The notes beneath the pieces were generated by a model. The model did no database searches and had not been told where the DNA came from. It was given only the letters and a program-made list of their open reading frames with translations. A stretch of 55,710 nt of DNA from Prorocentrum cordatum (taxonomy: Eukaryota), in the NCBI GenBank assembly GCA_963575745.1, contig CAUYUJ010000141.1:62001-117710 (forward strand), given 5' to 3'. The translations under genes and the position numbers were made by a program. Positions 26,339-38,040 of the stretch are shown here, in pieces (positions within the stretch are counted from its first letter, which is position 1; every line of letters begins with the position of its first letter).

Positions 26339-29300
26339 TGTTTGTTTGTTTGGACTCGCGTTCCCAGCTGGGTGCAGCTGGGCGAGGACCGGTCCCGCAG
26401 AAGCACACGGGCAGCGCTAAGCAGCGCTTCGGCTGCCGACAATTCACATTCTGTGACTGTAGCTCCTTCGAGGAGCCACGCGGCCTCGGCCACATCCCTC
26501 AAAACGAGGGGCACGGCACTAGAAACAGCAAACTCATGCCCAGCAGGGAAGGGGCCCACGGTTCTCGCGGAAGCGATTCCTATCTCACTGGGATTGCACT
26601 GAGTATTGATTAAGCCGATCTGAAGCCAGAAACCACATCCTGATCCTTGCTGGTCAACCCCGCCATCAAAGCCTCCCCTGATAGCGAACGGTACGAGATA
26701 AGTTTCGAATGGATATAGATAACGATGAGTTCTGTAGAATGTGCGGCCATATCTGGCCTCATGCGTCAATTCATCCGCTCGTGTATTGTCCTCCCTGAAT
26801 TCGTGTCTCCATATCTCACGTCCCAAGGCAGCAGGCCTCAGATTGAAACACGCGGCGAGCTCAAAGGTACAATCAATCATGGCAGCTGTCCTCTTGCAGT
26901 AGCCACGATTCTCACATCTCCATTTACCCTGGAGCCAGGAGCAGATAAGTAGTGAGTCACCCTTGAACTCAGCAGCAAAACCCTCTGACGATATGTCCCA
27001 CACAGTCGCGCGTTCCTGGATCATCGCATATCGTATTGCAAGCTTGGCGGACTCTTTGGGGTCATACTTGGGGTGCAGAGGGTTGGTCGCGGTATCGACC
27101 ATCTCAGCATCGGCCTTCTCACGAGCCTCAGGGGAGCCTCGAGGTCCATTAGGAGAGCCCTTCCAAGACACCACAAAGTAATCATAGACCTTAGATTTGT
27201 TGTATTGTATAAGGAGTTGCTTCCATACCTCCAAGAATTGAACCCAATCACCCCGTACAGACTCCCACCACTTTTCCCCAAAGAACTGAATGTATGGGAA
27301 CTGCCAAGACCGTCCGCCCACAGACACAGGGCCTCCACGAAGCCGTTTGCCCGAACTAGATAAGGCCCTGCTGCCGTGTTGTCGTAGAACCTCTGTTATT
27401 GTGTCGCGAGCCGTGACCCAGCCAACATTGTACATCATAAGCGCACGTCGGGAGTCTCGAAAGGCCCTCCTCCCCTTTGAGACGGCAAGCGGCTCGTCTC
27501 TGAGAGCGTGGGCAGCTCCCTCTCCAGAGGGCATCGGCTGTGAGCGGGCAATGGAACAGGCGACCTGCGAGCAGAGATCCTCCAGCCTCCTCTCCATGTC
27601 CGTAATCCTCCCCTCCGCCTCCATCACAGTCGCAGCAGGTATATCCTCCCCCCGTCCCTCCGTAAAGCGAACACGTTTAGCACGTTGAGTCGTTGATCCC
27701 TCCACCTCAACCTCCGTCCTTGCCGTCCTGTCCTCCTCCAAAGATAGTAAATATTGCCTCGTGGAGCGCATCATGCCCCAGCTCTTCCAGCACAGCATCT
27801 GCACAGCCGATGGGAAACCCCCATCGCAGAAGATTGTCCTGACACGTGTCAGTGCAGCTGGCCGCCATACCTCCCACCCCACATCTCCTGGCTTCCTCCT
27901 CCCTGACATTCTCAGAAGACACATACCCTCGAACGCATGAATAACCCTCACACACTCACTGTCAATCGTGATGGCCTCTGCTGCATATAAAAGGCGGCTC
28001 TGCACAGTCGATTGATATCGACGAAACTTCTTCACCAGAGGCAACGCCCTGCACGTAAAATACTGCACCTGCGCAAAGAACGCCCGTCGGGCCTGCTGGA
28101 CGCGCTCCTGCACATCCGTGTGGATAGCAGTGAAACTTCTGGGAATCTGATATCCCAGCACATTCAAACTCTCAACATGCTTGAAAGGTACAATCCGCGA
28201 GCCAATCTGAACCGTGACCGTATCAGTGTACTGAGTACCACACACCATCATTTCTAAACTCTCCTCCTTCCACTCCATCCCCCAATCCCTGAGAGCAGTA
28301 GTGAAGGCAGTGGCTGCTACCTGCGCCTCCGATGCTGACTTGGCGGCCAGAAAAATATTGTCGGCCCAGAGAGCATGATTCCACCGTGCGTACCGGCAGT
28401 GATCGTCATGGCATGGCATCTCGACTCCGACACCGCGCTGGTCCAGGCGAGCAATCACATCCCGCCACATAGCAATAGTGACAATAGTAAACGCGATAGG
28501 TGATTCGGTACCCCCAGTGCGGAGTGACCTGTCCCATTGCACATTTGGGATTGTCACTCCTTCAAACAGCACCGTGCATGAGGTAGATGAGAGAGGCTCC
28601 AATAACGCATACTGTAACCGTGCACTGATCCCCAGGGCCGTCATCGCTCTCGAGACTGTCGGCAGCGTCACAGCATCGAACGCCCGCTCGATGTCACAGC
28701 TGAGGAGCCACGCCGTTTGATCTCGCCCCCATGTGGAAGCATGCTGTGCAATACATTTCATGGCCGATGAAATCTCCCAGCAACGCCGTCCGCTGGTAAA
28801 ACCGTAGACCGCCATATCACTCATGAAGGGTTCCACACATCTTTCCAGTAAAATCGTCACGCACGTGAGATACCACTTGGCCAAGGTATTTCCAACAAGC
28901 AGGTTCCTTGTTTGTCGCAATGTTTCCAGTTTACTCGTTTTCGGCATAAGTGTTAGGTATACTTCCTGCCATTCCCTTGGCGTCGGGCGAAGCCCGTTGA
29001 ATATATCAGAGAAAACCTTACCAATAGAACGCACTGACCTCCACGAAAGAGCCTTGAGAAGTTCAACCGAGATGCCGTCGGGCCCACAGGCCCGTCCTGT
29101 TCGGAGTCTGCTCCGCGCCTGCAGAATAGTAGAGTATGTGATCGTAAGTGTGTTGTCCGAAGAGGCTGTTGATTGAGATGCATGGCGACGCAGTGTGGAC
29201 ACTAGCTCCCGATTGCGGGCTCTGGAGTCATCACAAGTCATACTCTGCACAGCATATCGCTCCACCTCCTCCGCCCATAGTTCCCTGTCCTCCGTCATCA

Positions 29301-30607
29301 TAGTCGTAGGACCCACATCCCCTCCCCCAGTGTCCGTCACCCTCAACTCCGTCACACGTGTCCTCCTCCCCTTCCTAGATGGTAGTGCCTCCCACTCCAC
29401 CTTCCGTCGGCGATATTCCCGCGCCAGCGGTCTGATGCGACGTCGAAGGTCTCGAGCCAACGCTCTGTCCTTCCTAGCACGTGCCTCTCTGAGTTGTACC
29501 TCCAGGTCGGCATGTTGAGGAGTCCTACTTGGTGGGAGCCCTCTGGAGTACCTGGGGGCCCTCACCGCGAGGAGTGGTAACGCATGTTCAGCGATCGTTC
29601 CAGCAATACGTTGTGGGGGCACCGTCGGGATCTGCACGTCCGCCAGGACCTGGAATTGGGCCTCCTCCCGATACGATTGGAACTCTTTGTGGCTTGTGTG
29701 GTGGCTAGGGGGGCCTTGATATTTCGTGACCTGAGGGTTCTGCATCTGGAACTCGGCGTAGACACAGGCGTGATCCGAGAAGTTGGTAGTCGGGGTCTCT
29801 GGGATCCAATCCGTTCGGCATTCAACCAAGTCACCCTCCCAGGATTGTGGGACCATGAGATAGTCAAGCACTTTTGGCGCAATAGTCTTCGCCCCAGACT
29901 TGCGTCGAGCATTGTTCGCACGATGCACGAAGGTCGGCTGCCGAGAGTACGGCGAGCCAAGAATTGACTGCCAGCAAGCGCATCCGACATAGCCACTCCT
30001 GCAGCTGAGATCGCCACATGTCCTCCTCCCACCGTCTATCCTCCGTATCATTCCCATATCCCCTCCCGTCGAGAATCTGCACAGCGCCTCCAGTCACCGT
30101 GCCTCCTGAACAGGTGATGTCGGGCGCAAGCTCAACATTAAAATCCCCTGCAATCACAAGCTCACATGTGTATCTGCACTCCTCCTTCCACCTCCGATAT
30201 GTTGTTTCGATTGTTTTCAGCATCTCAAAAGCCACCTCCAATGAACGATTCTCCGATCTATTCGGAAAGTACGCAGAGACAAGAAGGATACACGGATGAC
30301 GCAAGCACACAATAGCAAGACGAGCATGATTGTTCCAAGAACGAACTATGTTGTGACAAGACTTCCCCCTCAAAGCTATGGAAGCCTTCCTGTCACTTGA
30401 GTAAACTAGGTGCCAGCCAAGCAGCTGAATTGAATTGGACGGTAAGTGTTCACACTCCTGTAAACAGAACACTTCACAGCCGTGAGAAAGAAGTGCCCTC
30501 ATGCAAGCAAATCCCCGATCTGCTGTAGCCCCTTGTTTCATAAGATTCTGGGTGCCTAGCCTATGCTGGGCTGTGGGGCCACCAGCCCGACTGGCACCTC
30601 TGCACCG
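26339..30607 (-). pseudogene. Pol region of LINE 1: APE endonuclease, reverse transcriptase and permuted RNase H; one frameshift near 29950
   Basis: APE motifs GTQN, LQE, SAYFP, AGDFN in the 29864..30541 frame, then LDY and SDH in the 26236..30057 frame. RT motifs GPDG, LMPK, DIERAFD, LRTGGTESP, WADN, LNVLG. RNase H motifs GDS, REDNTRAD, FDGG, ECE. Confidence 0.9.
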
Positions 30608-31924
30608 TCACACCCTGCCGGCAAGACTCGCAACAAATGTGTCGTATGTAGTCGTCACACCGCTGCGCATAAGTACACCCTCCCAGATCTCGCGGTCCAC
30701 TGTCCACCCCGTATTGATACGAAAGGATGCCAGTTCCACAGGTCGGTGCTGAGGATCCTGCGGTTTGGTCCACATTGTGCTCCGTCCGTTGGGTCCCGAT
30801 CCTGTCTCCCCCCTGATCTCCATAGCCTCACCGTTGGTGCACTCGCGGTATGTCCCGTAGAAACGCCCCACAGCTCCGATATGATCACGTTTCCATGGTG
30901 GAGCTTCTATACGTACTCGGACCCGACTGGGTCGCTGTAACATGCCCTGGAACATGCTGTCATAGTCTGGAGGTGACCTCGAAACCTGAGCCGCATTCCT
31001 CTGGGGATTCGGAGTTAAAGCATCATCAAAAGCACGCTTCACGTTGTATAGTATCGAAGAGTCGGTTCCTACAATGAATTTGATTTTGATCGTACTCAAC
31101 ATCATTCTACTTCCATTCATACGTAATGTGCCCTCGTAATCGATCCTAGCTTCATCCTCTGCAGCGATGGCCGTCTTCAAATTAGTAATAAATTGTGCAG
31201 CGTCCGTATCTCTCATCATACTGGCCGAACGTGTAACCGCTGTCCCGCTCCAGTCAGTCCAGCCTGTGAGTTCCACATAGCTGGGATTGAAGCTGGATGG
31301 TCCCGAGAGTCCTGGCGGGCCTCCTCCATAGGAAGGTGCCGTGGTCGAGGCAGCACCTGATATCACACTGGGGTTCTTCTTGAGATCCTGCATTTGTCGT
31401 TCCAAGTTGCTCATCCTGATGTCGGAGGCCTCCTGACGGTTCGAGATGCTCTGAATATCGGCCCTAATTTCGACGTTTTCTTGTTGCCTAACTTTGCTCT
31501 CGAGTACGTTGAGCTCCGCGAAGGCCTTGAACCAGGATGGGGCCTCGTCCGAGACCACACTGAGTTTCTTTCGCTTCTCCTCGAGTTCCCCCAAGAGTGC
31601 CTCCTGAGGACCATTGACACGATGTTTGACATTTCGTTGGGCGTCGTCGCTAACACCCTGCATACCCTGACGCTCTCCAGCACCTTCAGGGACAACAGCC
31701 GCTTGGGCCGCCGCTTGTTGTGCCTCCGTGGGCATACCTGGGGGTCCCCCTAGAGCACCTTGTGGAGCTGGGCCTCTAGGAACAACAGGAGCGCCTCCAG
31801 ATCCTTGACCTCCAGGACTGACCTGACCTGCTGGAGCCCCTCCCACACGCCCTCCGTTGATCGTATTTCCCGCCACAGCTGCGTTGGAAGGAGTCTGCAT
31901 CATATTCATGAGCCCTGTATTCAT
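30608..31924 (-). CDS. ORF1-like region of LINE 1 (Gly/Pro-rich N-terminus, coiled coil, probable RRM-like domain)
   Basis: Open frame from the first ATG at 31924, with a heptad-like segment (LEEKRKKL...MSNLERQMQDLKK). Motifs FNPSYVELTGW and EAPPWK are shared with LINE 2 (FTPTFIQLTGW, EPAPWK). Confidence 0.75.
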   Translation of the reverse strand: MNTGLMNMMQTPSNAAVAGNTINGGRVGGAPAGQVSPGGQGSGGAPVVPRGPAPQGALGGPPGMPTEAQQAAAQAAVVPEGAGERQGMQGVSDDAQRNVKHRVNGPQEALLGELEEKRKKLSVVSDEAPSWFKAFAELNVLESKVRQQENVEIRADIQSISNRQEASDIRMSNLERQMQDLKKNPSVISGAASTTAPSYGGGPPGLSGPSSFNPSYVELTGWTDWSGTAVTRSASMMRDTDAAQFITNLKTAIAAEDEARIDYEGTLRMNGSRMMLSTIKIKFIVGTDSSILYNVKRAFDDALTPNPQRNAAQVSRSPPDYDSMFQGMLQRPSRVRVRIEAPPWKRDHIGAVGRFYGTYRECTNGEAMEIRGETGSGPNGRSTMWTKPQDPQHRPVELASFRINTGWTVDREIWEGVLMRSGVTTTYDTFVASLAGRV

Positions 31925-32386
31925 ATTCACAAATGAAGATGGGACAGCACAATGACAATCACTATCTGGTGTGGAGTCGGCAGTATTCAATCTCCCGTCC
32001 AGTGGAAGGTCACGCACAATTTGCTCGGTATCCTGAAGTTGCCTCTTCCGAGACGCCCTCTCAACAGCAGAATCTGGTCTCTCAACAGCGTAATCCTGTG
32101 AGTCCTGCAAATAAGGTACAGTCGGGGAAATATCCTCCAGCTGGAAACGTCTACAGCTCCTCAACCTGGTTTTTTGAGTTTGAGTCAGGGCGCGGACAGC
32201 TGTGACAGCTGAGCCCTAAGACTCCCAAACGGAGCACAGGGTAGCTGGAGAGGGCAACTCTTATCATCACACTGCCGAGCCACTGAGGCATAGGCAACGG
32301 AATAGGATGCAGGAACAAGGAAAAGGATGCAATACAACATGTGAAAATGTAAAGGTGTTGGAGAGCTCCAAGCAAGATGAAGTGAG

Positions 32387-35300
32387 TCAGCTGCTTGGAT
32401 GAAAGATGCTACCCAAAATGTGCTCCACGGCCATACAGAGCCGTTGTGCTGCAATCATCTCACAAAACATGACAGAAGCAGAGGCATCAAGCGAGACAGC
32501 TTCCTCCGCCACCAACTGCCACGTCCCGTGTACACACAAATCTATACACCATCCTGCAGCACATCCCTCCACAGAGCGACCTCCGTCGAAGAATCCACGG
32601 AGGCCGTCTAGTTTTGTTTTACTCGCATGTTCAATAAGTGAGGTATGGAACGTAACGTAACTATTTTTGGTTCTGGCCAACCATGTCAGCCTGTCAGCTC
32701 TTTCGTTTCCTTCTCGATAGATCCACCTGAACATATTGTGGCCCCAACTCGGAGGCCTCATACCATACAACACAGAGATATGCTCCAGCCTATTTTGAAT
32801 GTCGCCAAGAATGTGCTTGTAGATAATATTGGATGTTGCCCAGAGACCGTTAATCCAATTCACCCCTGTGGCGGAGTCCCCAATCAATTCCATCGGTATC
32901 GAGTCCCGAGGCTCCGCATTCCACTCCGATGCATGTTCATTAATGTACGCAAGTCGTTTCTCCATCTTCTCGTCCTCCTTCCTTTGCTGCTCCTCCGTCT
33001 TCTCCCTCTCCTCCTCCTCCCTAGCATATCCCGCAGGTTGTGCATGTTTAAAGTAACAGTACCCCCACGCCTCCTCCATGTTAGTAACATCCAGTGCCCG
33101 CTTCAGAAATTCTTTCCATCCCTGACGTGAAAAGGATAACGTGTGATACCAATCCTTCCCTGATACCAACTCGAAAATGTAATGGAAGTTTCTCAACGCC
33201 AGTGGTCTCCCCCCCTCATGCCGACGCGTCATTAATGGGCGTTCTTTCCAAGGCAGCGATGCAATGAAGGCCTGCCGTCGGTCAGTCCACTCCCCCGACC
33301 ATGCAAAAATACATTCTCTAGCCTGCATATGCGAGTCCCCTGTACTACGATGCTGAGGTGGAGCCACCCGTCGCCGCTTGTTTGCAGCGATTTCCTGCGA
33401 CGGCAACTCAACAGAGGAACGCTTTTGCGACAGAGAATCCTGAGATGGATGGAATGTCTTTGCACGCTTATGCATCTGGGAAATCAGATTGCGCCGATGC
33501 GCGGGTAATTGTGTCTGAGAACCAGGGAGCTCAAAGGAATCAACAGCATGCATCGTCTCACACACGTCAGGATGACATCCCATTGATGTCGAGCACGCAA
33601 TACTTGGTAGCACATACATGGGTTCATCCTGACGTTGTCTCTTGGCCGGCGGTGGCTCACACGCAGCAAAGACGTTGGGGCCAGGCTTGCCTGAAGAATC
33701 AAAAGTACCTGGAGGAATCTGTGCGGGTGTTGGGTTCAGGCGTTTCACAGTAAACGTACAGTCCTGAGCCCACTGCCACTGACGAAACAAGAATAGCTGC
33801 ACAAGAGACGGCCGTCCCAATTCCAGGAGCATACGCCGCCCACGTTTGTACAAGTTGCATAAGTATATACTCCAATCCATGTCGGCAGGTTTCGGGCGGC
33901 GTACCATAGAACACAATATTTTACCTTCCCACGTGTGCAACTGTTTCAAAGTGTGGTGGTCCGCTGGCATGCCTTCAACACCGAAAAGTACAAAACTACG
34001 CAACCTAGATTCATAATGCTTGATTTTCTTCTGGAAGGGTACAGCACGATTCGTATAAAACTTGCGGAACTGGTTAAATCGCTTCCAACCCCGAGCCAAT
34101 TTCCAAGCCACATCATGGTGTTTGTCAGTCTTGGTCGTGACCAGGCAACCCAGGCACTCCATTTCAGAGCATCGCGGAAGACACAGGGTACCGAGATCGT
34201 TCACCTGACAACGAGGTTCCCCGTCGAGGCGCCTTCACAGTCCTCCCCAAAGGCAAGATAGTGTAGTGAGGAATCTTTCCATCTGAAACCGTGCGTATAC
34301 AGCTGAGCCGAGAAGTCCCCCACCATACGTGTGAGCACAGTCTTTGATTTCGAGAAAAGCAAAATGTTATCGGCCCAGAGCGCATGAGTAAGATACCTCC
34401 CACCAGCCTCCACCCCCAAATCGTACCCCAACTTCACCTCCTCCCAATTCAGTACAATCCTATCCCACATCAGTAGTGTCACACACTTCCACAGGAAGGG
34501 GGCCTCCACACTACCAGTACGTACACATGCATCCCAGGGAATACCCGTCGCCGTGGAGTCCTGAAAGGTAAAGTCCGCTGTGTCCAGGACACTGGGAGCG
34601 AGTAGCGCCAACGCAAGGTCATTGGGGAACCCAGGGATGGCATCCAAGGCCCGACTGGCCTTCTCAACCGTGACGTTATCAAAGGCAGTCTGCACAACTA
34701 ATGACGCGAGGTGCAGGGTCTCATCTTTCCCCCACTCCAGAGCGTGTGTGGTGGCATGCTTAAGCATGGCAGTGATCTCGTGCGTGCGCCTTCCCTTGCA
34801 AAATCCGTAGTTATGTAGATATTGTGGGACCCTTTTCAGATAACCTTCAGCAATCTCAACCAAACATGAAGTATACCATTTGCTTAGGCTGCTAAGTAAG
34901 ACTAGAGCACGAGTATCAGACAACTTAGTGATATCTTTAGCTTTCGGCATCAACACCACAAGCAACTCAGACCAAATCCGAGGAGTAGGATACCGTTGAA
35001 GATACTGGTCTTGGAATAACCGAAGAATATGACGCAAACCTACCCACGTGATACGTTTCAACATAGAAGGAGAAACTCCGTCCTTACCCACCGCCTTACC
35101 ACACTTTAAGCGTGATCGTGCCTGTAACAATACGGACATGGAAATGGGGGAGACGTCCACTGTGTTCGTGTCCTGCAACCTCCTCCTCCTCCTCCTCTCC
35201 TCGATACACTCCACGTTACGTATCCCTTGCGCAGCACAGTGGTACTTGGCGAACCCGTGAGCATAGAGCGCCTTCTCCCACAACTCCCTATCCTCCGTGA

Positions 35301-36690
35301 GCACATCGTCAAAACTCAATTTGTCCACCACCGTCCGAGCGAGCTTCCCGTCACGATGATCGTATTCGAGTCGACGACGAGTGTGTGCACGCATCTCCTT
35401 CCTTCTCTCTTTCTTAACCCTGATGAGCTCCTCCTCCTCCCCTCCTTCACGACGCAGTCGGCGATATTCCTCATCAAGTTCCTTATGACGATCTGTCTTT
35501 TTGGGGATCTGCATTTTCTTTGGGACATTGGTGTATGACTCCTTGTCCTGTGTACATGCATTCAAGATAACAGGAGCCAATTCATCCGGGCAGAGACCAG
35601 ATGGGTAACGAGCTGCAGCATGCAAACGACGATCAAGGTTAGCCGAAACTTGCAATTCCGAGGCTTCTTCGCAGCACCAATGAGTGAACGTTTGTCGTGG
35701 CTTCGTTCTCCAACGTCGAGTCGGAGCGGCCGATTCGGGGACAAGCAAGGTGAGCAGGGCATGGTCCGACAGGCGGGTCTTTCTGGGGTCCACGGAGCCC
35801 CTGAGTGTTGGCCTTAACCACGACACCTCCCACTGAGGCCTTTCCCAGGAGCTCGGAATACACAGGTAATCAAGAACCTTGTCCTCCTCCTCCGTCTCCT
35901 CCCTGGCCTTCCAGGTCGTATGACGGGTCCCAAAAGAATTCGAGAAAACCAAATCATAATGCCACATACATTCACAGAGCTCGTCACACATGTATTGTTG
36001 CATCCTCCTCCTACCCTGCTGGAAACCTCCACGTCCACCTCCTCCTGCATTGTCCCATTCTTCAAATCTCTCACCCTGCACTGCAGAACCAGTCAAAGCA
36101 ACATCTCCAAATACCGTGTGAGGCAGAAGCTCAACGTTAGCATCCATCCCGATGAACAAGTCCCACCCTTCCTTGGGAAACCTAACTCGGAGCGTATCCA
36201 AATCCTTTCGAAACGACTGCAATGTTTGTGTGAATAAGATATTGTGATCCCCTTTTTTCGGCGCATGTGGTAAGTACAAGCTGGCAACAATCAACGATTG
36301 AAAAACGAGAATGACATAACGATTACCCCTGATGCATTCACGTATGGAGGCTCTCCACACCCTCTTGTAGAGAACCCCGGCCTTCCCATCATTAGAAAGA
36401 GTAAAGGTGAAACCATGCTCAGAGCACCTACCTATTCCAAGGAACTGGCACTCCTGCAAAGCGAGAACTTCCGAATTCGAGGTCTTGATCTGAGCAAGCA
36501 TGTCGTGGCTGTTCATGCTGCCACAGCGCCTCACGTTATACGTGCCCACGATGGCGCCATGGCACCTTCTCCAGGTACGAAAGTTGAGCTTGGCCAGAAA
36601 GACCTCGCAATCCAACTTGTCATCGACCTTACGCAGCAGCTCGGCGTCAACCTTCCACCCCAAGTTAGGATCAAACACGGCAATGCATAC
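32387..36690 (-). pseudogene. LINE 2: ORF1 C-terminus fused to APE endonuclease, RT and permuted RNase H; frameshift near 34205
   Basis: APE motifs GTYN, LQE, SLYLP, GMDAN, LDY, SDH. RT motifs GKDG, LMPK, VVQTAFD (first Asp lost), VRTGSVEAP, WADN, MECLG. RNase H motifs GDS, REGNERAD, FDGG, FCE. Confidence 0.9.
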
Positions 36691-37704
36691 TCAATCCGTC
36701 TTCGGCGTCGTGGCCGAAGGGTAGCCCCACACATAGCTGACAGGAGGACCCATCTCACCCTTCAGCCACTGGGATCCACTCCTGAGAGTAGCAAAGAAAG
36801 CTTGACAACGACCCACGGCAGAAACATGTGGCTGCTTCCAGGGTGCTGGTTCACAGGATACGCCGAGACGCTTGTTGGCCAGGATGGGAGTGACTTGCTT
36901 CAAGTCGTGCGTGTCATTCTCAAGCTCGACGGCCCAAGAGTTGCGTATCTCCCAAATTTCATCGTTCGTCAACTTGCCACTTATAACATATAATCGTATA
37001 CGATAAAGACCATATGGTTTATTTTTGTGCTCCCGCTCGATCCTACTCATGTCGAAATGCTCCTCAGTCATCTTTCCTGTGCCACGGACAAATTAACGAA
37101 TGACAGGCAGGGCATGATCCCAGGAGAGCATATCCGATGAACGAGTCTTGAGATTGCCGACTCCACCTCGCGCCCAACCTGTGAGTTGGATGAAGGTCGG
37201 TGTAAAATCCTCCCGCACTCGATTCCATTCGCGAATTGGCGTACGACTACCATACCTGGGAGCAGTGGCCGTAGCAGAGGAGCCCGCAGGGCCCGCATAG
37301 TTACTCCAAGCATCCGTGGACCCTGATCCTGCATCACTGGGTGGACCCTTCTGCTGAAGCGAGCGGATCTGCTGCTGCATAGCAGCAATGTCAGCCTCAT
37401 TTTTCTCACCACGCTGGTCGATCCGTTTCACATCCTGCTCAATCCGTGAAATTCTTTTCTTCTGAGTGTTCTGTTTAGCTAGCATAGCCTTCATCATAGC
37501 AAACTGTTGCTTCATAGGATTGCCGTCATCAAATTCGCCGAACTGCTCCTCCTCCTCACTGCTTGCCTGAATCATATCCTCCTCCTCACCCACAGCCTTA
37601 CTCTTCTTACAACAGGGCGCACCTGCTGGGTGTTGCTGAGACATCGCTGCGAAGGTGACGGTGTTCGAATACTTGAGCTCCTCTGGAAACCCCCACTGGT
37701 CCAA
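36691..37704 (-). pseudogene. ORF1-like region of LINE 2 with in-frame stops (TAA 37093-37095, TGA 36691-36693)
   Basis: ORFs 37093..37704, 36691..37071 and 34201..36678 are all in one frame. Coiled coil RISRIEQDVKRIDQ...MQQQIRSLQQ; motifs shared with LINE 1 ORF1. Confidence 0.78.
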
Positions 37705-37799
37705 GAAATTGATGTCCTCACGCGAACGCTTAGAATCTGTCGTCGTGTCGAACAGATGTCCTCACAAGAGTGTTGAACAGATGTCAAACTCGACCTCCA

Positions 37800-38040
37800 A
37801 AGAGTGTGTACGGTACTCAGGCAAAAGACACTCTGCAGCACGCGTGCGGGAATCTGAGACAAGCAAAGAATGAGTGTGTACGGTACTCGTAGGCTACCAC
37901 AAAGAATGTGCACAGGCCTTCGACACTCAATGAAAGCGCACGGTACTCCGACAATCTGAACAGTCAATGCGCACTCCGACAATCAATGAACGTGTACGGT
38001 ACTCAGGCAAAACAGACACTGAAGCACCGTGTACAGTATG
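37800..38040. repeat. Short imperfect direct repeats in the LINE 2 5' UTR
   Basis: The motif (gtgt)acggtactc recurs at about 37806, 37876, 37940 and 37993, with gtgtacggtactcaggcaaaa present twice. Confidence 0.7.

Larger units (their letters stand above)
26339..32160 (-). mobile_element. Non-LTR retrotransposon 1 (~5.8 kb, APE-RT-RNase H), 3' tail (CAAA)n
   Basis: Bounded by an 11-bp TSD; tail tgtttgtttgtttg at 26339-26352; ORF1-like, APE, RT and RNase H coding regions in order. Confidence 0.93.
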
